From assembly GCA_965207885.1 (NCBI GenBank), contig OZ242311.1, positions 3,264,001 to 3,328,000 on the forward strand: a stretch of DNA of 64,000 bases, written 5' to 3'. Below are positions 58,260 to 64,000 of this stretch, in pieces. Both the position numbers and the translations under genes were made by a program. Positions within the stretch are counted from its first letter, which is position 1, and each line of letters begins with the position of its first letter. This DNA is from Candidatus Latescibacterota bacterium. Its GTDB lineage: Bacteria; Latescibacterota; UBA2968. The notes beneath the pieces are model-generated. The model was given only the letters and a program-made list of their open reading frames with translations, was not told where the DNA came from and ran no database searches.

Positions 58260-59186
58260 TCAAGATGCTACCCTTCCTCGCTGTTGTCGCAACTCTTTGA
58301 GTAATAGCTTTGCCTCGCCCATATTCCCATCGATATTCACGGCTTCATTGAGTGCTCTTATCGCCTCATCGAGATGGGTCATGTCTTCTGTATCCTGATA
58401 AATATACGCATAACACAGACCAATAACATGATAGGCGCGCGCGCGGTCATTATCCGATAAAAATTCATAGCTCAAAGCCTCTTTTGCCAGTGCGACGCCC
58501 TGCTGGAAATCTTCTGCTTTGCCCTGCCAAAACGCACAATAGGCGGCATAGACTTTAGCCCGTGAAATCACATCCTCGCCCGAAGCATAATCCAATCCCT
58601 TATTGATGATACTCTGCGCGCGGTCGTACTCTCGAAAAGACTTAGCAATTAACATCTCTGTAATATTCAGCGCGTCCTTGCACAACTGATCCTGCCAGAA
58701 ACGATTTGATGGAATGGGGCGAAAGGTGTAGCGCGACCACAGACTATCCTGCTTTACCCATATTCCTATGGCCTGTTCTTTTATTTGCACCGCCCCTGTA
58801 TTGGCGGCAAAACGCGTGATAAGATGTATTTGATTACTGTAATGGGTGCCGAGCTCCTTCAACGCGGCAAAATAATCGGGTGCAATCTCGACCACACCCT
58901 CGTAAAATACCAATATACTATCTTTAGGAATAACTTCTCGATCCGCCAGGCGCATCTGTACCTGCTCGAGCATAACCCGTCGCGCGCGCGCTGTTTTTTC
59001 CGCCTCAGTATTTGGGAATTGCGCTGAGATTTCTCCATACCGCGCAATCGCCTGCGGCAAATCGGTCAATTCTTCTTCCAGATCCCGTACAGAAGCCAGC
59101 ATGCGCTGGGCATCGCTTTCCAAAGCACTCTGTCCCCCACACCCCACGAGCCCAAACAACAATAAGACAACGCACTTTAATTTCAT
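58260..59186 (-). CDS. TPR-like lipoprotein
   Basis: Lipobox LVGC; helical TPR-like C-terminus. Confidence 0.65.
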   Translation of the reverse strand: MKLKCVVLLLFGLVGCGGQSALESDAQRMLASVRDLEEELTDLPQAIARYGEISAQFPNTEAEKTARARRVMLEQVQMRLADREVIPKDSILVFYEGVVEIAPDYFAALKELGTHYSNQIHLITRFAANTGAVQIKEQAIGIWVKQDSLWSRYTFRPIPSNRFWQDQLCKDALNITEMLIAKSFREYDRAQSIINKGLDYASGEDVISRAKVYAAYCAFWQGKAEDFQQGVALAKEALSYEFLSDNDRARAYHVIGLCYAYIYQDTEDMTHLDEAIRALNEAVNIDGNMGEAKLLLKELRQQRGRVAS

Positions 59187-59200
59187 TTATGCCTCCATAG

Positions 59201-60169
59201 TTACTCGATATCCGCGCGAATAGACATATCGTCCCGGATTTTGTTTTTCATGCGCTCAACAAGGCGACGATTGAATTCTTGCGCCGTGTGATAGCCCTGT
59301 ATTTTGAGTTGATAATTCAAGGCTATCGTCTCAGCAATCACCGTAATATTTTTTCCCGGATAGATCGGCACTGTAACCTGAGGCACCTCGAGATCGAGAA
59401 TCGAGACCCAATCCTCATCGAGTCCAATGCGATCGTAAGCCGCGGTTTCATCCCATTTAATGAGCTTGACAACAACCTCAATGCGCTTCTGCATGCGAAC
59501 GGCACGTACACCAAACATATTGCGAACATTCAAAATGCCCAGACCGCGTATTTCTATATGATCGCGCAGTGTTTCTCCGCTGCTGCCTACAACTATGCCC
59601 TGTAACTTGCGCGACACGAGCACGACGTCATCCGCGACCAATCGGTGTCCGCGCTCAACCAGGTCAACGGCAATCTCACTTTTTCCAATCCCACTTGCCC
59701 CAACAAATAACAGCCCAATGCCATACACATCGACCAGAGATCCGTGAATGGCTGTGCGCGGTGCAAACACATCGTCGAGATAATAAGAAAAAAGGTGGGC
59801 GAACTTGGTGGTCGCAAACGGCGTGGTCAGCAAGGGAATGTGCCGCGCATTGGACAATTCGACCATCACCGGCAGCACTTCATTCCCATCAGTGATAACC
59901 ATACAGGGAATATCAAACTGAAAAATGGTTTCAAGGGTCTGGCGACAAACATCGGGGTCAAGACTCGCCAGATAGAGCATCTCCGTATTGCCCATAACCT
60001 GAACGCGGTCAAAAGTAAAAAGCCCGAGGAAACCCGCAAGTGCGAGACCGGGCCGATGAACATCGCTGGTAGATAGTGTATTGCCAATCCCCTCCTGTCC
60101 AGCAACGGACGAAAGCGAGAGTTGGTCGCTATAATCCTCTAACATCTTGCCAATAGAAATCTGTGGCAC
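59201..60169 (-). CDS. hprK: HPr(Ser) kinase/phosphorylase
   Basis: HRPGLALAG, GASGIGKSE, HRLVADD, EIRGLGI. Confidence 0.97.
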   Translation of the reverse strand: MPQISIGKMLEDYSDQLSLSSVAGQEGIGNTLSTSDVHRPGLALAGFLGLFTFDRVQVMGNTEMLYLASLDPDVCRQTLETIFQFDIPCMVITDGNEVLPVMVELSNARHIPLLTTPFATTKFAHLFSYYLDDVFAPRTAIHGSLVDVYGIGLLFVGASGIGKSEIAVDLVERGHRLVADDVVLVSRKLQGIVVGSSGETLRDHIEIRGLGILNVRNMFGVRAVRMQKRIEVVVKLIKWDETAAYDRIGLDEDWVSILDLEVPQVTVPIYPGKNITVIAETIALNYQLKIQGYHTAQEFNRRLVERMKNKIRDDMSIRADIE

Positions 60170-60172
60170 GGC

Positions 60173-60487
60173 TTATACCTCATTTAGACTAGAAATAACG
60201 CGAGGTTTTCTACGTCGGCCGCGAAGTTTCTTTAATTGTCGGATCATCTTCTTTGCCGAACCATCAATAACGGGAAAGAGCTTATTGCCAGTGTTGGAAG
60301 CTTTAAGAGTTTGCCCATGCACATTGACAATAATATCAACGCGAAATGCAGGCTCCTCTTTTTTAATGGCGACATGACAACCCAGCACTGGCGTGTAAAA
60401 TCGCTCAAACCGAGAGACAGCAGCTTTAATATGGGTACGCGTACTGTCGGAGACATGGTAATGGTGTCCAGAAATGTCAATTTGCAT
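60173..60487 (-). CDS. hpf: Ribosome hibernation promoting factor (short HPF/RaiA)
   Basis: MQIDISGHH, IDGSAKKMIRQLKK; directly upstream of hprK. Confidence 0.85.
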   Translation of the reverse strand: MQIDISGHHYHVSDSTRTHIKAAVSRFERFYTPVLGCHVAIKKEEPAFRVDIIVNVHGQTLKASNTGNKLFPVIDGSAKKMIRQLKKLRGRRRKPRVISSLNEV

Positions 60488-60498
60488 GGGCGTCCTCC

Positions 60499-60945
60499 TC
60501 AACAGTGAGATGGTGACGACTTAGAGGAAAAATACTTGATCATTTTAACCAGTGTGCCCTTCTGAGAGGGCATAAAATCCACCTCATCCATAAACGCACG
60601 CATCATCAAAAGCCCGCGTCCAGAATTATTCATTAGATTTTCTGGCGCAACCGGGTCAGGTGTGGCATTGGGATCAAAACCTCCTCCCTCGTCTTGCACC
60701 CAGACCGTGATGGAAGCGGGGTGGATATCGATCTTGAGATGTACTTTCTTCGAAGCATCTTCACCATTGCCATGATCAATCGCATTGTTGAGTGCTTCCA
60801 TGACTGCAACCATCAGATCAACTTGCTCATCTTCTGAAGCGCCAGCTAGCCGAACGGCCGACTCAACAATCTGGGCAAATGCGTCGAGATGCTTGTACAA
60901 ACTTGGGGCACTGTGCATTAGCACCTGAGGTAATGAATTGGACAT
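60499..60945 (-). CDS. RsbW-like anti-sigma factor / HATPase_c Ser kinase
   Basis: EALNNAIDHG, DEGGGFD, GRGLLMM. Confidence 0.9.
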   Translation of the reverse strand: MSNSLPQVLMHSAPSLYKHLDAFAQIVESAVRLAGASEDEQVDLMVAVMEALNNAIDHGNGEDASKKVHLKIDIHPASITVWVQDEGGGFDPNATPDPVAPENLMNNSGRGLLMMRAFMDEVDFMPSQKGTLVKMIKYFSSKSSPSHC

Positions 60946-61063
60946 AGAGTCTCCAGAATTTGTGCTATCAGTACCCGGCCATCCGCCTCCACGCACAGCA
61001 CAACATTAGCAGAACTATGGGGAAGGTGCTCTCTCAAATCTCATCTATTACAGCTCAATCTTG

Positions 61064-61143
61064 ACTATACACTATATTTTAACGACTGTCAAGCGTGGGT
61101 CGTCAACTTCACCCTTGACCCAAACTTTGGAAAAAAGTATAAT
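61064..61143. promoter_or_regulatory. Divergent sigma70 promoters
   Basis: Minus strand TTGACA-17-TATAGT (61092-61064); plus strand TTGACC-17-TATAAT (61115-61143). Confidence 0.7.
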
Positions 61144-61191
61144 CCACCGCAGCAAAGGCGACACCAGTTATCCCTAAAGTGCAGGCATTTT

Positions 61192-62412
61192 ATGGCCTTT
61201 ATTTTCAGCTTAATTGTCGGTTTTGGTGCTTTTTTTCTCGGCCAAAAAATTTTTCGACGGATGCCACCATACCCGCTGATAGACAGTCTGCGAATAGGCA
61301 GAGCACATTATCTGCTCCTCGGTGTTCTCGTAGGGATGTTTTTTTCTGAAGCCGATGAGGTGTTTCACCTGTTTGAAGTGGTGCGGTACAATTGCATCGG
61401 CGCTATTTTGCTGTGGATTGGCCTGCAAACAGGTCTGTCAACAGACCTCCAAAATCTGCGAGACCGCGGCGGGATCTCGGTGATTTACTCACAAACAGCC
61501 GTTGTACTCGCCACAGGCGGGTTCACCGTCCTAGCTGCCTTCGCCAGTGGTTTAATACTTTATCGCTACCTCGGGTTGCTTCAAAATTTACCCCTCGCCA
61601 TAGTCTTGCTCACCTGTTTCGCACTTACTGTGCGCTTTCCCACACCTTTTTTTCAGTGGCCCAACCGCCCTATTCCAACTCCTGTTCCAGGTCAAAACCT
61701 GCCACTTAGCAATATCGCGGCCATGGCCGTGTTGTGCATCGCTTTTCCCCCACTTGCAGAAAATCCCGTTTTTTATTTGGGCAACTTGCCATTTATAGGT
61801 GCAACTGGTATTGCACTGCTCATGCTCGGCGCAGGCGTGGTCGGAGGCATCGCGCTCGATTTTTCATTTCGCAGCCACCGCACGGGTGCTCGCGCACTGG
61901 GCCTTGTCCTGGGCATTGTGATCGCCCTTTCAGGATTGTGCCAGGCTCCGGACTTACCATCTCTTGCTGTGGGCTTTCTATCGGGTATCTGGCTGATTAA
62001 CACAACCGTGGCAAAACGCGAAATCGTCGAATTTACAACACGTGCAAATGACGTGATTGAACCGATCTTTTTCGCACTGACCGGCTCAATAATAGGGGAA
62101 TTTGGCGGCGATATATTTTTTCTTTGGTCACCTCTTTTTCCACTTGCTCTCACAGTGATACTCGTGCGCGGAATGGGCCGCACAATCGGTTTCACGGTAT
62201 CTCAAACCCTCTGGCAAATACCGCAGACCTGGCGCGAATTGCTCACCATGAGCTGGCGCCCTCAGGGCACGCTGAGTATCGCTGTTGGCGTACAGGCCAT
62301 TTATCTCCTCGACTTTCAGCACTACACGCTCATTACGGGACTCGTAATTGCCGTTTTTTTAAGCCAGATGATACTCATTCCACCCGCGAATTCACCACAA
62401 TCTCACACCTGA
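61192..62412 (+). CDS. Cation:proton antiporter-like membrane protein
   Basis: Many TM segments; WIGLQTGL, EPIFFALTG, PQG motifs. Confidence 0.55.
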   Translation: MAFIFSLIVGFGAFFLGQKIFRRMPPYPLIDSLRIGRAHYLLLGVLVGMFFSEADEVFHLFEVVRYNCIGAILLWIGLQTGLSTDLQNLRDRGGISVIYSQTAVVLATGGFTVLAAFASGLILYRYLGLLQNLPLAIVLLTCFALTVRFPTPFFQWPNRPIPTPVPGQNLPLSNIAAMAVLCIAFPPLAENPVFYLGNLPFIGATGIALLMLGAGVVGGIALDFSFRSHRTGARALGLVLGIVIALSGLCQAPDLPSLAVGFLSGIWLINTTVAKREIVEFTTRANDVIEPIFFALTGSIIGEFGGDIFFLWSPLFPLALTVILVRGMGRTIGFTVSQTLWQIPQTWRELLTMSWRPQGTLSIAVGVQAIYLLDFQHYTLITGLVIAVFLSQMILIPPANSPQSHT

Positions 62413-62422
62413 GACGATTTCC

Positions 62423-63604
62423 ATGCGCCTTCTTTGCATTACACTTGGTATCGGTATCCTGATCTGGCTTCTCCAATCCCCTCCCGAAATGGTCTGGGTC
62501 GGCTTTCTGATAACGGCCTCTATCGTGGGTGCGCGACTGGCTCATCGCGCCAAATTGCCCAATGTCCTGGGCATGATAGCCGCGGGGCTCGCCATCGGCT
62601 TTGCACCTATTACAACCGCTGAAAGTCACCAAAGTATAAAACCCTTTGCAGATATCGCAATGGCCTGGGTCGGCCTTTATTTGGGCACATCGCTCTCCCG
62701 TCCTATCTTTGCAAATCAGCGTTTGCTTACGGGTAGCATTTACCTGTATGCAGCACCCGTTCTCACAACCTTTTCAGTGCTCATCTTTTTCGACCTCCAC
62801 CTTGTCACCACCTTGCAACTTGCCATCCTATCGGGCATCTCAGCCCCCATATTTTTAGATCGCACAGAACACAACCTGCGAGACACATGGCCTTTTTCTT
62901 TATGTGTTACGGCAATCGGTCTCTGTTTGCTCTTTTTGACAGGGCTTATTTTTGGCGTCGAATTCATCCTGAACGACGGGTTCTATTCCTTCCTTCATCT
63001 TGCCGCCGATATCGCACTGGCCGTTTTGATCGGTGTTGTTGGCATTGAACTCGTGCATCGCTGGTTGCAACATATCCACACCCCCACAGGCCAGTTTACG
63101 AGTTGGTTTGCCCTGTCATTCCTGATCGCGCTTGCTTCATGGCACGTTTGGATTCAGCCCCTTATTTTGGCCTGGGCAGTGGGCCTTGCATTGTCCTTGC
63201 GCACCAAACGCGGACTGAGACCCAATATGCGTCCACCAAATGCGGAAGCACTGATTGCTTTTGCTCTCGCACACTATGCTACTGGCCTCGTTTTAGACTG
63301 GCAAATGTCCTCCGTACCGCCTCATTTTTATGCACTGATAGCAGCCTTGATTTTGGGCAAAATTGCCGGTGGTCTGCTATGTAGGCGCTTCACCTCGCAA
63401 CCCGTTCAAGCCTGGCTTCCGCTCTTGTCGCAGGGCCTCCTTGCAATCGTCTGCTTTGAATCTATTGCGCCCAAAATAGCTCCCCTGTATTTTATTTGCA
63501 CGGGGATTGGTCTGCCCATTTTGCACCTTTTAGCCGACCAAATTGTTCAAAAAATCAAAAACGGCCGTATCCGAGCGCTCGGGCGCCGAACACAGGCCGT
63601 TTGA
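62423..63604 (+). CDS. Cation:proton antiporter-like membrane protein
   Basis: KLPNVLGMIAAGLAIG, GKIAG, LLSQG motifs of the CPA2-like fold. Confidence 0.6.
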   Translation: MRLLCITLGIGILIWLLQSPPEMVWVGFLITASIVGARLAHRAKLPNVLGMIAAGLAIGFAPITTAESHQSIKPFADIAMAWVGLYLGTSLSRPIFANQRLLTGSIYLYAAPVLTTFSVLIFFDLHLVTTLQLAILSGISAPIFLDRTEHNLRDTWPFSLCVTAIGLCLLFLTGLIFGVEFILNDGFYSFLHLAADIALAVLIGVVGIELVHRWLQHIHTPTGQFTSWFALSFLIALASWHVWIQPLILAWAVGLALSLRTKRGLRPNMRPPNAEALIAFALAHYATGLVLDWQMSSVPPHFYALIAALILGKIAGGLLCRRFTSQPVQAWLPLLSQGLLAIVCFESIAPKIAPLYFICTGIGLPILHLLADQIVQKIKNGRIRALGRRTQAV

Positions 63605-63624
63605 ACTGTCTGTCCTGCCCCAAA

Positions 63625-63999
63625 CTACCTTACAAAACCGACTACGGAAAAAGAGTGTTGAATAAACCGCTCTGATGCGCCGTGTTTTGAGCGGTCGCCG
63701 CGTCTTCCCACCTCGAGCACATAGCGAAAACGACCGCTATTATTCACAAATGGCACCGCCATGCCGAAGCTGACGCCTAATTCGCCAATCTGGCTATTAG
63801 AACTCGTCGGAAAATAAAGCGACCGATAATGAAAACCTGCGCCAAACTCAAAACGCTGGCTCCGCACCAGCACATCGGGGTCTCCCGTGCGCCACAACAT
63901 CCCTGCACTTACATCCCACGTATCAAATCGTCCATCTCCCGTCGCGCGCCACAGCCCCCGAGAAACATCAACCGATGCCAGCCAGCGATAACCCGCCAG
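63625..63999 (-). CDS. C-terminal part of an outer-membrane beta-barrel protein (runs off window)
   Basis: Frame open to window end; alternating beta-strands GAGFHY, GVSFGMAVP, YVLEVGRRG. Confidence 0.6.
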   Translation of the reverse strand: MAGYRWLASVDVSRGLWRATGDGRFDTWDVSAGMLWRTGDPDVLVRSQRFEFGAGFHYRSLYFPTSSNSQIGELGVSFGMAVPFVNNSGRFRYVLEVGRRGDRSKHGASERFIQHSFSVVGFVR

Positions 64000-64000
64000 A

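Overview
This is a gene-dense 64-kb bacterial chromosomal window of about 50% GC. Gene content suggests an FCB-group heterotroph such as Latescibacterota (inference): dockerin/EF-hand-like and cohesin-like/FlgD-Ig secreted proteins, a DUF6785-type membrane protein, and many Gfo/Idh/MocA, enolase-superfamily and 2-hydroxyacid dehydrogenase genes. Housekeeping genes are asd, mreBC, galU, a ccsA-sirC-hemA-hemC-cobA/hemD cluster, anmK, aspartate kinase, hprK and hpf. There are two mobile elements: an intact ISAba1-like IS4 with 17-bp inverted repeats and a 9-bp target duplication, and a tnpB-only IS200/IS605 element whose right end truncates a glyoxalase-like gene. Signals read directly from the DNA and missing from the ORF track include a sigma54-driven hsp20, a lysine riboswitch with a visible antiterminator, and a 59-aa ORF inside the hem operon. 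The most unusual are (i) a Leu/Ile/Val-rich leader-peptide attenuator, with an in-frame UGA at codon 3, in front of an uncharacterised DUF6785-type transporter, and (ii) two paralogous TonB-dependent receptors flanking a BCCT transporter. I found no tRNA, rRNA or CRISPR array. Family calls come from motif recognition by eye, not database searches.
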